The position numbers and the translations under genes are program-made. 45,494 nucleotides of DNA from Clostridia bacterium (GTDB lineage Bacteria > Bacillota > Clostridia > RGIG6154). The stretch is from positions 1-45,494 of the forward strand of contig JAZNOU010000018.1 in the NCBI GenBank assembly GCA_045589295.1. Direction: 5' to 3'. Position 1 is the stretch's first letter. Every line of letters begins with the position of its first letter. A model generated the notes under the pieces. The model was not told the DNA's origin and did not search any database. It saw only the letters and a program-made list of their open reading frames with translations. Shown piece after piece: positions 9,598 to 18,049 of this stretch.

Positions 9598-9891
9598 GTG
9601 AAAAGGTTTGAAAATAAACGATTTATCACCAATGGGATCGCAAAAAACATCGAACCACTTCTGCAGGTTTTTATGTGGCATTGCATTGATGAGATGCCGT
9701 TTCCCAAAGATTATCTTCAGGTGTTTGATTTGGTGATAGAAAGCCGTAAAGCCAAAGTTAAACATAGTCAGGAAGAGCCTGAGTACAAAAAGGAGTATCT
9801 GCTTAACGTGGATACTCCTTTTTATGTGGGGAAAATTTTTGTAATTGATGATGAAACTCACTCTACCATGTTGTTGGCAGAGGAATATTGA
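9598..9891 (+). CDS. DUF960 family protein
   Basis: RFITNGI...DYLQVF...KIFVIDD...TMLLAEEY signature; RBS AAGGAGGG. Confidence 0.85.
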   Translation: MKRFENKRFITNGIAKNIEPLLQVFMWHCIDEMPFPKDYLQVFDLVIESRKAKVKHSQEEPEYKKEYLLNVDTPFYVGKIFVIDDETHSTMLLAEEY

Positions 9892-9905
9892 AAGGAATGA
9901 AAATT

Positions 9906-11012
9906 ATGGAAGAAAAAATGTTTTGTTATGTTTGCGGTGTTGAGCTTACAGAAGAAACCGCAAGAAATTTTGACGGTCAGGTTATGTGTGAACACTGTCT
10001 TATTGAACAAACGGTCGTCTGCGATAATTGCGGGGACAGAATCTGGAGGGACAACGCAGAGGGAAATAGCGTTTACACACTATGTTCCGACTGCTATGAT
10101 AACTGCTACACAACCTGTGAGGATTGCGGAAGACTCATCCATAATGACGATGCATATTACGAGGATGGTGGGGACTACCCGTACTGTCGGGATTGTTATG
10201 AAAAGTTAAACGATTATACAATTAAGAACTACAGTTATAAGCCTGAACCTATTTTTTATGGTTCTGGTAATATTTTTTATGGCGTTGAATTGGAAGTTGA
10301 CAAAGGTGGCGAAGAAGGAGCAAAAGCTCAACAGTTACTTGATATTGCCAACGAAACTGACGAAAGAATATATTGCAAACATGATGGATCTATCAACAAT
10401 GGCTTTGAAATGGTATCTCACCCAATGACACTTGATTACCATATAAACAATATGAATTGGCTTGATGTGTTTGAAAAAGCTATTGAAATGGAATATCGTT
10501 CTCATAACACTTCTACGTGTGGTTTGCATATTCATTGTTCCCGCTCTGCTTTTGGAAAAACCTACGAGCAACAGGAACAGGCAATCGGCAGAGTTGTGTT
10601 CTTTGTAGAAAAGCATTGGAATGAGATTGTTAAATTCAGCCGCAGAACTTTGGATAACTTAAATCGTTGGGCCGCAAAATATGCGACTATTTCAAGCACA
10701 ACAGAAGAAACTTACAAAAAAGCGAAGGATAAGTGCTTAGGAAGGTATGTGGCTGTCAATCTTGAAAACTGCGGCACTATTGAGCTCAGATTGTTCAGAG
10801 GTACACTCCGCTACAAAACATTTCTTGCTACCTTGCAGTTTGTTGACGAAATTTGTTACTGTGCTATCAATATGACAGACAAAGAAATTGAAGATATGTC
10901 CTGGTTAGATTTTGTACAGCGCATTCCACCTAAAAAAGCGGAACTTATTGAATACTTAAAAGAAAAAAGATTATATGTGAATGAAGTAATAACAGAAAGT
11001 GAGGAGATGTAA
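9906..11012 (+). CDS. Putative amidoligase (COOH-NH2 ligase fold) with N-terminal tandem Zn fingers
   Basis: Six CxxC pairs, then GVELEVD, HDGS, FEMVSHP, CGLHIH, RYVAVN and TIELRLFRGT. ATG 9906 (track start 9888). Confidence 0.85.
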   Translation: MEEKMFCYVCGVELTEETARNFDGQVMCEHCLIEQTVVCDNCGDRIWRDNAEGNSVYTLCSDCYDNCYTTCEDCGRLIHNDDAYYEDGGDYPYCRDCYEKLNDYTIKNYSYKPEPIFYGSGNIFYGVELEVDKGGEEGAKAQQLLDIANETDERIYCKHDGSINNGFEMVSHPMTLDYHINNMNWLDVFEKAIEMEYRSHNTSTCGLHIHCSRSAFGKTYEQQEQAIGRVVFFVEKHWNEIVKFSRRTLDNLNRWAAKYATISSTTEETYKKAKDKCLGRYVAVNLENCGTIELRLFRGTLRYKTFLATLQFVDEICYCAINMTDKEIEDMSWLDFVQRIPPKKAELIEYLKEKRLYVNEVITESEEM

Positions 11013-11966
11013 ATGTGCGGATTATTTGGTTTTTTAAATTACAGCGGTGATAAAATTAAGGATTTATCAAAATTAACAAATTATCTGGCAAGAGAATCTA
11101 CTGCCAGAGGAACAGACGCCACCGGAATTGCTTATGTCAATTACGGTGGTATTCATATTGAAAAAGATAATAAATCAGCTTACAGAATTGATTTTAAACA
11201 TTCAGATGACATCAAAAGTTTGATCGGGCATACACGTCATTCTACGCAAGGGAGCGAGAAACACAATTACAACAATCACCCTTTTATAGGTAATTGCAAA
11301 GATTCAAGATTCGCACTTGCACATAACGGAGTAATTTCAAATGATAAGGAACTTCGTAAAAAGCACAAATTGCCCAGAACTAAAATCGAGACTGATTCAT
11401 ACATATCAGTTCAGTTAATTGAAAGTAAAAAGTTTCTTGGCTTTGACAGTCTTAAGTTTACTGCAGAGCAAATAAATGGAACATTCAGCCTGGCTCTTCT
11501 TGATGAAAACTCAAACGTGTATCTTGTTAAAGGCGACTCGCCGCTTTCAATCCTTAATTTCCCAAAATTGAAAATCTATGTCTACGCTTCTACAGATGAG
11601 ATACTTTACAAAGCTATTGTGGACTATCCGCCTTTGTTTAATGCTTTGAAAAATGGTGAGTATGAAAAGATAAGCATATCTGAGGGGGATATTTTAAAGA
11701 TAAGATCTGACGGCGTTATTGAAAAAAGCACATTCGAATACAACACTTACTACGGCAGAGACTGGTGGTATTATGGTTCGTACTCTTTGTTAAGTACAGA
11801 AAATGATGTAAAGGGATACACAAAGGATGCGTACATAGAAGATATTAAATCGGTGGCTTGCTATTTGGGGTATTCTCCTGAGGAGATAGATATTCTTGTT
11901 GCTGAGGGGTATACTCCTGAAGAGATTGAAGAGTACATATATTGTTGTACTGGTGGTGATGTATAG
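11013..11966 (+). CDS. Class II (Ntn) glutamine amidotransferase
   Basis: MCG N-terminal nucleophile, RGTDATG, GHTR, HPF, HNG, TDS. Start abuts the amidoligase stop codon. Confidence 0.9.
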   Translation: MCGLFGFLNYSGDKIKDLSKLTNYLARESTARGTDATGIAYVNYGGIHIEKDNKSAYRIDFKHSDDIKSLIGHTRHSTQGSEKHNYNNHPFIGNCKDSRFALAHNGVISNDKELRKKHKLPRTKIETDSYISVQLIESKKFLGFDSLKFTAEQINGTFSLALLDENSNVYLVKGDSPLSILNFPKLKIYVYASTDEILYKAIVDYPPLFNALKNGEYEKISISEGDILKIRSDGVIEKSTFEYNTYYGRDWWYYGSYSLLSTENDVKGYTKDAYIEDIKSVACYLGYSPEEIDILVAEGYTPEEIEEYIYCCTGGDV

Positions 11967-12135
11967 ATAAAATGAAGTACATTAAGTTATGCTTAATAGC
12001 ACTGATAGAACTTTTCGTAGAAGCCTGGGTAAATCGGAATGATAAAGGTAGTAGTTGATAAGAGTGTAAGTGTTTATGCGGTTTATGTTGATGTGTCAGC
12101 TTTTCTTTCCTCCCCCGAAACGATTAAATTAAACG

Positions 12136-12176
12136 AATAGCCGTAAACCTTTGTAATATGTGGGTTTACGGCTATT
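12136..12176. terminator. Stem-loop between convergent genes
   Basis: AATAGCCGTAAACC...GGTTTACGGCTATT, 14-bp inverted repeat. Confidence 0.6.
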
Positions 12177-12193
12177 ATGAATTTAATCGATTT

Positions 12194-13060
12194 TTATTTT
12201 GAACATGATTTCATATTATCAATCAAGTAATTAACAAAAGCACTGCATGAAACAAGCATAAACTTTGCTTCTGCAAAAGTAGCATCTTTTCCGTCAATTC
12301 TTCCGGCATGTCTAATTCCACTTTCGTCACTTGTATATCCATATAATTTTTCAAATGCAGATTTAAGAGATGGGTGTATTGAGATGCTAGATTCTTCAAG
12401 TTTTTTCAGACTTGCTCCCAATGTACCGGATTTACCCAAGATGATATTACACATTTCTTCAACAGCAGAAATACTTTCCTTTATGGAATTTTCATAATCA
12501 GGATTTGCTCTATCAGACAAAAGTGATGTTGCTTTGTTTAAAAACTCGGTTACTTTTACAAATTTAGAATTTGAAGCTTTTTCTATTTCTTTAATCTCAA
12601 TATCATTTGTTATAGGCGTAATGGCATCATTTACATAACGATATCCTACATATTCCTTCTCTAAAAGATTATTTAGATAGATGTTTAAATTACATTCTTC
12701 ACACTCCTCTTCTTTAAATATATTTTTAACTTTCTTTACGATGAATTCTATGATAGTTAAAATATCATCATATTCGTCTTTGCGAATGGTTTCTTTTATT
12801 ATTTCTAAAACTTTTTTTGAATTATAAGAACCACCAAAATTTATCTCTTGTACATATACATCTTTTAATATGCTTTGTAATAAAAATTGTTGGTTATTAT
12901 ATGTAAAATTCACAATCCAACCATTAAAAATTAAATCTATGAAATTACATAATTCAATTCGTGTTCGTTCATCGAAATTCGTTAATTGCATAGTAGTGTT
13001 TTCTTTTTTTATATTGTTTCTATCCGAAAATCCGTTTCTTAACCTAACTTTTAGACCCAT
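12194..13060 (-). CDS. AbiJ-NTD4-like protein with HEPN-like C-terminus (candidate abortive infection)
   Basis: N-terminal FSDRN...RIELCN, central E..GYR, C-terminal NSIKESISAVE...KLYGYTSDESGIRHA...AKFMLVSCSAFVNYL. Confidence 0.7.
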   Translation of the reverse strand: MGLKVRLRNGFSDRNNIKKENTTMQLTNFDERTRIELCNFIDLIFNGWIVNFTYNNQQFLLQSILKDVYVQEINFGGSYNSKKVLEIIKETIRKDEYDDILTIIEFIVKKVKNIFKEEECEECNLNIYLNNLLEKEYVGYRYVNDAITPITNDIEIKEIEKASNSKFVKVTEFLNKATSLLSDRANPDYENSIKESISAVEEMCNIILGKSGTLGASLKKLEESSISIHPSLKSAFEKLYGYTSDESGIRHAGRIDGKDATFAEAKFMLVSCSAFVNYLIDNMKSCSK

Positions 13061-13286
13061 ATTTTTTCTCCTGTATAAAATTTAATTATATTACTCATCT
13101 CATTATATCACACATATAAAGTAGACTCAAGCCTTTTTGATGAGCAATGTGAAAACTCATCATTATCAGTTATATATTATACTCTTGAAATTAACAATGT
13201 AAATTTCAATGAATTTTACAAATGGTGATTTCAAAGAAAAAAGTCTAAAATTATAATAATGAGTATAATTAGGAGGTGAATTTCAA

Positions 13287-13529
13287 ATGGAAGCAAAAGA
13301 TTTTGCAGATATTTATGAGGAAATTGCCGTTGAAGCGGGAGCGGAAACCGCTGTTAAAATACATAAATTATTTAAAGGTCAACAGATTTTGTTTCCGCAG
13401 AAGTTATATAAAAAAGATTACATATATAACTATATCAGAGAAAATTATAACGGCAAGAATATTCGTGAACTATCCAAAATGTTTGGATATTCAGATAGAC
13501 GAATACGGCAAATTTTAAGCGAAGTTTAA
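13287..13529 (+). CDS. Mor transcription activator family protein
   Basis: FKGQQILFP...NGKNIRELSKMFGYSDRRIRQIL HTH; RBS AGGAGG. Confidence 0.85.
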   Translation: MEAKDFADIYEEIAVEAGAETAVKIHKLFKGQQILFPQKLYKKDYIYNYIRENYNGKNIRELSKMFGYSDRRIRQILSEV

Positions 13530-13552
13530 TTTAAGTTTGGAGGAATATTAAA

Positions 13553-13738
13553 ATGGAAATTGCATTAATTATTGCGTATGTTGTACTGAGTTATTGGGCA
13601 GCCGGTCAAACCATTTATGCTAACAAAATAAGAATAGGAACATTCAATAATTTATTTTTAAGCAGATTTATTGTAGGTTGTCTTTTGGGCATTGTCCTTA
13701 TTCCAGTTGCAATTATTAGAAAAATATTTAATGTTTAG
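13553..13738 (+). CDS. Small membrane protein (2 TM)
   Basis: 61 aa with two hydrophobic segments; RBS GGAGG. Confidence 0.7.
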   Translation: MEIALIIAYVVLSYWAAGQTIYANKIRIGTFNNLFLSRFIVGCLLGIVLIPVAIIRKIFNV

Positions 13739-13767
13739 TAAGTAGATTCTTTAAGGAGGAAATTAAT

Positions 13768-14430
13768 ATGGCTATTATAAATTGTCCCGAATGTGGGAAC
13801 TCTATCAGCACAAAAGCAGTGTCTTGTGTGAAATGTGGATTTCCATTAAGTGAAATATTTATATGTCCTGAATGTAATAATGTTGAAGCCAAAAATGATT
13901 CAGGGGTATGTTCAAAGTGTGGTTGTCCTATTGATGATAATACGAATAGTAAGCAGGAAACAAATAAAGCAAATAACACTTCAAATGAGTCCGGCGAACA
14001 ATCACTTGAAGAGTATATTAGAATTGCTGAAAAAATAGTATCTGAAGTTTTAGCACATCATACTTTTGGTGGAAGTGGTATATTATCAGAATCTGGCAGA
14101 CTAATCTCTGATTTGAGAAAGGTTAAGGCAGCAAAAACAGCATTTAGTATACCAAATGAAGATAATGTTTTCTTTATTGCGAGTGGAAATATTTGGGGAG
14201 GAATTAATGAAAATAGCAAGGGTTTTGCGTTGACTTCTAGAGGTATTTACGGTGTAGATGACCATAAAAAGCAAGTCTTTTTCTGGTATGACCAATTTGC
14301 TCAACTAAAAGTCAGTATGTTTATGTCATATGTAAAATTAGACGAATACGAATTCAATGTAACAGATACCAAAAAAATAAAAAACATGCTCTTAGATTTA
14401 CAGGATGAATTATTGGCTCATATGGACTGA
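13768..14430 (+). CDS. Double zinc-ribbon domain protein
   Basis: CPECG..CVKCG..CPEC..CSKCG; C-terminal GFALTSRGIY domain; RBS AAGGAGG. Confidence 0.8.
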   Translation: MAIINCPECGNSISTKAVSCVKCGFPLSEIFICPECNNVEAKNDSGVCSKCGCPIDDNTNSKQETNKANNTSNESGEQSLEEYIRIAEKIVSEVLAHHTFGGSGILSESGRLISDLRKVKAAKTAFSIPNEDNVFFIASGNIWGGINENSKGFALTSRGIYGVDDHKKQVFFWYDQFAQLKVSMFMSYVKLDEYEFNVTDTKKIKNMLLDLQDELLAHMD

Positions 14431-14529
14431 AAATATAAATAAGTATAAACCCTATTTTCGCCTTGCTATCGTTGTGCTGAAAGGATTTATTCCTGTATCT
14501 GAGAAATTGTCAAAATGATATTGCGGACT

Positions 14530-14560
14530 GAAGGACTTCCAACTGGAAGTCCTTCTTTTC
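14530..14560 (+). terminator. Rho-independent terminator
   Basis: GAAGGACTTCC-aact-GGAAGTCCTTC-TTTT. Confidence 0.7.
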
Positions 14561-14733
14561 TATTATTATAATACTTTCAAATAATCTAGCACCGCTTCTT
14601 TTAAATTTTTTGTTTTATATTAGTGGTCGTTTGTTTGTAAAAGTTTATATCTTACCTGTAAATAAATTCAAAGTTGTTTATATATTATACCTTTGGTTAT
14701 AAACCAACATAAACTTAGGAGGATTATCTAAAT

Positions 14734-15026
14734 ATGAGAAAATTTAACAACAAAAAATTTATTACAAAAGGGTTAACAGAAAATATTAATCCGCTTCTAC
14801 AGGTCTTTATGTGGCAGAATATTAACAGATTGCCACTTCCTTAAGACTATTTACAGATAGTTGATTTAACCATAGCTAATGGGAAACAAAAAATAACACA
14901 CATTCAAGAATGTCAGAATATCGAAAGGAGTATATACTAAACATAGACACGCCTTTTTATATTGGCAATGTTTTCGTAATTGATGATGAAACCCGCTCTA
15001 CTATGTTAATGCCAGAGGAATATTAA
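14734..15026 (+). pseudogene. Second, disrupted DUF960 gene
   Basis: MRKFNNKKFITKGLTENINPLLQVFMW...LP*DYLQ... with in-frame TAA at 14842-14844 and a frameshift near 14913, resuming EYRKEYILNIDTPFYIGNVFVIDDETRSTMLMPEEY. Colinear with 9598-9891. Confidence 0.85.
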
Positions 15027-15199
15027 AACAGAAAGAAGGAAAAATGTGAAAATTATTAGATTTATAGTAACCGCTATCGACTTGCTTGTAGATGTAGCTG
15101 TTGAGGTCTACATAAAACGGAGACGTTAGAGGATTTAAAGATGTAGCTTTATGCACAATTAAAATGTAAAACAGGAAATATGATAAGAGGTGAATTTAA

Positions 15200-15745
15200 T
15201 TGATTTATGGATATGCAAGGGTATCTACGGCAGACCAATGCTTGAATCGACAGACAGATGCTTTGAAAAATTATAGAGTTGACAAAATCTTTTGTGAAAA
15301 GATTTCAGGCACTAAAAAAAACAGACCTGAACTCGATAAACTTCTTTCAGAAGTCGGTTCGGGAGATACAATAGTTATTGAATCCCTTTCACGATTAGGA
15401 AGGTCTGTAAAAAACCTCGCTGAGCTTATGGAGTTTTTTAACGATAATAATATCAGGCTTGTATCATTAAAAGAAACCATTGACACAACATCATCTACTG
15501 GCAGATTATTATTTACTATAATTTCAAGTCTATCACAGTTTGAGCGTGATGTGTTGGTTGAACGTACCCGTGAGGGGTTGAACGCGGCAAGAGCTCGTGG
15601 TAGACGCGGAGGCCGACCAAAATCTGACAGAGATAGTACCGCAAAAGCTATTGCCCTTTATAATACAAAGCAATATACGTTAAAAGAAATTACTGATTTA
15701 ACAGGAATTTCAAAATCAACACTTTACCGTGCAATAAAGGGTTAA
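15200..15745 (+). CDS. Small serine resolvase/invertase with C-terminal HTH
   Basis: YGYARVST, EKISG, SLSRLGR, GRRGGRP, TGISKSTLYR. Confidence 0.95.
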   Translation: MIYGYARVSTADQCLNRQTDALKNYRVDKIFCEKISGTKKNRPELDKLLSEVGSGDTIVIESLSRLGRSVKNLAELMEFFNDNNIRLVSLKETIDTTSSTGRLLFTIISSLSQFERDVLVERTREGLNAARARGRRGGRPKSDRDSTAKAIALYNTKQYTLKEITDLTGISKSTLYRAIKG

Positions 15746-15765
15746 ATTATGGCACTTTGATATTG

Positions 15766-15860
15766 AAACGAGTATTGGGACTGAACTGTTTCCCAATACT
15801 CGTTTTTGTATTTGGTTTTGGAACAATCGTCAAAAGTTTCAAAAACCTTCGTTTATGAAA
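15766..15860. promoter_or_regulatory. Inverted repeats after the resolvase gene (candidate res site and/or terminator)
   Basis: 15-bp inverted repeat AAACGAGTATTGGGA / TCCCAATACTCGTTT (15766-15805), plus imperfect palindrome TTTCAAAAAC..GTTTATGAAA (15837-15860). Confidence 0.5.
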
Positions 15861-15947
15861 TGGTAATCAATTTGATTTTTTTCTGGTTTGTGATATAATT
15901 GGCATTGGAGATTTAATATTTTTATAATCATAGATTGGAGAAGATAT

Positions 15948-16121
15948 ATGTCAAAGAAAAAGAAGTCTCCAAAGAATTACAAACAATATCCTATTTATAA
16001 ATTAGAAGAAGGAATGGTGGTTCTTGGTTCACTTATAAGTGGTGTAGCTGTAAACTTAAAAAAATATAAAACTTATGGTGAAGAAGTAAGTGCTTTAAAA
16101 TTTGTTGTATTTATGGTATAA
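15948..16121 (+). CDS. 57-aa ORF, probable gene fragment
   Basis: MSKKKKSPKNYKQYPIYKLEEG..., RBS GGAGA, extended -10 TGATATAAT at 15891-15899. Confidence 0.4.
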   Translation: MSKKKKSPKNYKQYPIYKLEEGMVVLGSLISGVAVNLKKYKTYGEEVSALKFVVFMV

Positions 16122-16160
16122 TTAACTATCATTTATTACTTTTTGCGAAGGAGAAGCAAT

Positions 16161-16469
16161 ATGTCTAAAATAACAGATATAAAAGCTAAAATTACCGAAT
16201 TGGAAGGCGGAGCTTTTCAGGAACTGTGCGATGCCTTGCTATCACGTAAAGGTTACGAAGGAATTACATCTTATGGATTACACTCTAGTTCTATGAAAAC
16301 AACAAAGGGGAATCCTGATACATATTTTAAAAGTAAGACAGGAAAGTATATTTTTGTAATGTATACAACGCAACAAAGCGACGTTTTTGAAAAAGCAAAA
16401 GAAGATATAAAAAAATGTCTGGATTCATCAAAAACAGGAATTGCAGAAAGGGATATCAGGAAATATTAG
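16161..16469 (+). pseudogene. Truncated N-terminal Mrr-like/PD-(D/E)XK domain of a REase-STAND NTPase type gene
   Basis: LEGGAFQELCDALL..KGY...KTTKGNPDTYF...YTTQ...DIKKC resembles the N-terminus of large nSTAND proteins. Stops after about 100 aa with no P-loop. Confidence 0.55.
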
Positions 16470-16518
16470 ACTTTGCCAAAGATTGGTTTGGTAAAAAATA
16501 AGTAAAGGAGTATAAAAC

Positions 16519-17061
16519 ATGTGTAATTTTAAAGAAAAAATATATGTTATTAAAGGACAAAACTTGAAACATATTTCAAGAGCAGGTTCTATGGTTAATA
16601 TCGGAGTTGGAGAAATGGTAAAACATAAAGTTGCTCACAAAGAGGATAACGGAAAGTTTTCGGTCAAAGAAGTTTTAGCACCAAAGTATGCCCTTCATAT
16701 TGATAGTTTTTTCAGAATATATAAAGAAAATGAACTTTTAATTGCAAAAGGTGATATGTTTTGCCCTTGCAATGGAATTGAACAAGGAAAAGATTTTGAT
16801 ATTGATAACTTTGATTGGGAAAAACAAGGGTCAAATGCTTTGGACGCAAAAATAAAAGAATATTTATCTTCGGAGGATTTGATTGTGCAGGAAATACTTT
16901 TAAATGATTTTAATGATTTGAAGATAGTTTTTACAAATGGAATATGCATAGAAATCTTTGCAGATTGTACCGAAGAGCAAGAATGTTGGAGATTTTTTGA
17001 GGTAGGAAACTCCGATAAAAAGCATATAGTGGTTACTGGAAAAGGTATTTTTGAAGAATAA
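16519..17061 (+). CDS. Putative immunity protein
   Basis: 180 aa, acidic, DLKIVFTNG..E.WRFF; RBS AAGGAG; preceded by a short ORF tail (..QEILDFAKDWFGKK*, ending 16501). Confidence 0.55.
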   Translation: MCNFKEKIYVIKGQNLKHISRAGSMVNIGVGEMVKHKVAHKEDNGKFSVKEVLAPKYALHIDSFFRIYKENELLIAKGDMFCPCNGIEQGKDFDIDNFDWEKQGSNALDAKIKEYLSSEDLIVQEILLNDFNDLKIVFTNGICIEIFADCTEEQECWRFFEVGNSDKKHIVVTGKGIFEE

Positions 17062-17649
17062 GTAGGTGGCGGAGGAAATTTCGGGAATACCTACGGGGCA
17101 AGTTTAGATGCTTTAAGTAACTTTTTAACTGCAGTATCGCTTATACCAGGTGTAGATACCATCGCAGACTTTTTAGCAATTCCCGTTGACCTTGCAAGAG
17201 GAGACTTCACATCTGCAGGGCTTGATGCGCTTGGAGTGATTCCTGTTTTAGGTGAAATTGCAGACACTGCAAAAATCGCTAAAGTAGCAGATAAAGCTGT
17301 GGATGCTGCGAAGGCAGTAAATAAGGCTACAGATGTTGCGAAAGGAACTAAAAAAATATCGTTACCAGATAAACCTGCTCAAATAAAACATATATTCGGT
17401 AATAGAACCGGTCATTTGCCCGATACGCCAAGCAATCGAAAACTTTTAACCGAGACTGCAAATACGCCTAAATATTATCAGGGTACAGATAAATACGGGA
17501 ATGACTGGCATGCAAAAATAGACAACAAAGGAAGACAAGTTTGGGTACGAAGTCGAAATGGTAAAATTAATGAAGGAGGAAGAAATAACACTCCTCGTTT
17601 ATGGGATAAAGAAACAGGATTAAATAACAATCCGTTTAGAACAAAATAG
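17062..17649 (+). pseudogene. Orphan polymorphic toxin C-terminal cassette 1 (pre-toxin segment plus putative RNase toxin domain)
   Basis: Frame open from 17062 with no credible start/RBS: SLIPGVDTIAD...ARGDFTSAGLDALGVIPVLGE (PT-TG-like), then KHIFGNRTGHLPDTPSNR...DKYGNDW...QVWVR..GGRN. Confidence 0.75.
17192..17331 (+). repeat. Pre-toxin homology block, copy 1
   Basis: 140-bp imperfect direct repeat of 18051-18190; differences mostly at third codon positions. Confidence 0.9.
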
Positions 17650-17663
17650 AAAGGAAGAAGTAA

Positions 17664-17984
17664 ATGAATATTTATAAAGCATTCGTATATATGTTTTATG
17701 CAATGGACGCTATGTATGATAACAATTCCAGTAAAACTTTAGGTAATTATTTGAGTGGGCTTAATCCTTTTTTGTTTAATGACGAAAGTTCTGCAGACCC
17801 TGCCGAATATGAAAAATTTAAAAAGGAATATTTTTTGGCTTTTAAAGAATCAGTTCCAACATCATCTGAAGTGTATGATTTTTGTATAACTTATCTTTCA
17901 AAATATGCACCTAAAGCAGCATATGATGCGTTTAAAAAAGTCGAAAAAGGAAAATGGATATCTTCTTTTGAAGAAAAAAATTGA
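17664..17984 (+). CDS. Cognate immunity protein for cassette 1
   Basis: 106 aa directly after the toxin; MFY.MD..Y...LSGLNPF...SADPA motif typical of immunity proteins. Confidence 0.7.
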   Translation: MNIYKAFVYMFYAMDAMYDNNSSKTLGNYLSGLNPFLFNDESSADPAEYEKFKKEYFLAFKESVPTSSEVYDFCITYLSKYAPKAAYDAFKKVEKGKWISSFEEKN

Positions 17985-18049
17985 TAAACATTAGTTCTAA
18001 GCCACCTTCTTTTCAAATGCAGATGGCTTAGATAGCAATCCTCGCCTAA

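Noticed and set aside
9559-10616. Overlapping ORFs 9559-9861(-), 9928-10209(+), 10335-10616(-)
   Set aside because: Shadow frames of DUF960 and the amidoligase with no independent motifs.
13276-13518. 80-aa alternative-frame ORF
   Set aside because: Overlaps the Mor-family gene, whose frame has the recognisable HTH and better RBS spacing.
15200-15860. DNA inversion switch (shufflon) driven by the resolvase
   Set aside because: No second distant inverted copy of the 15766-15805 repeat was noticed by eye, and downstream cassettes are all co-oriented. A computational repeat search would settle it.
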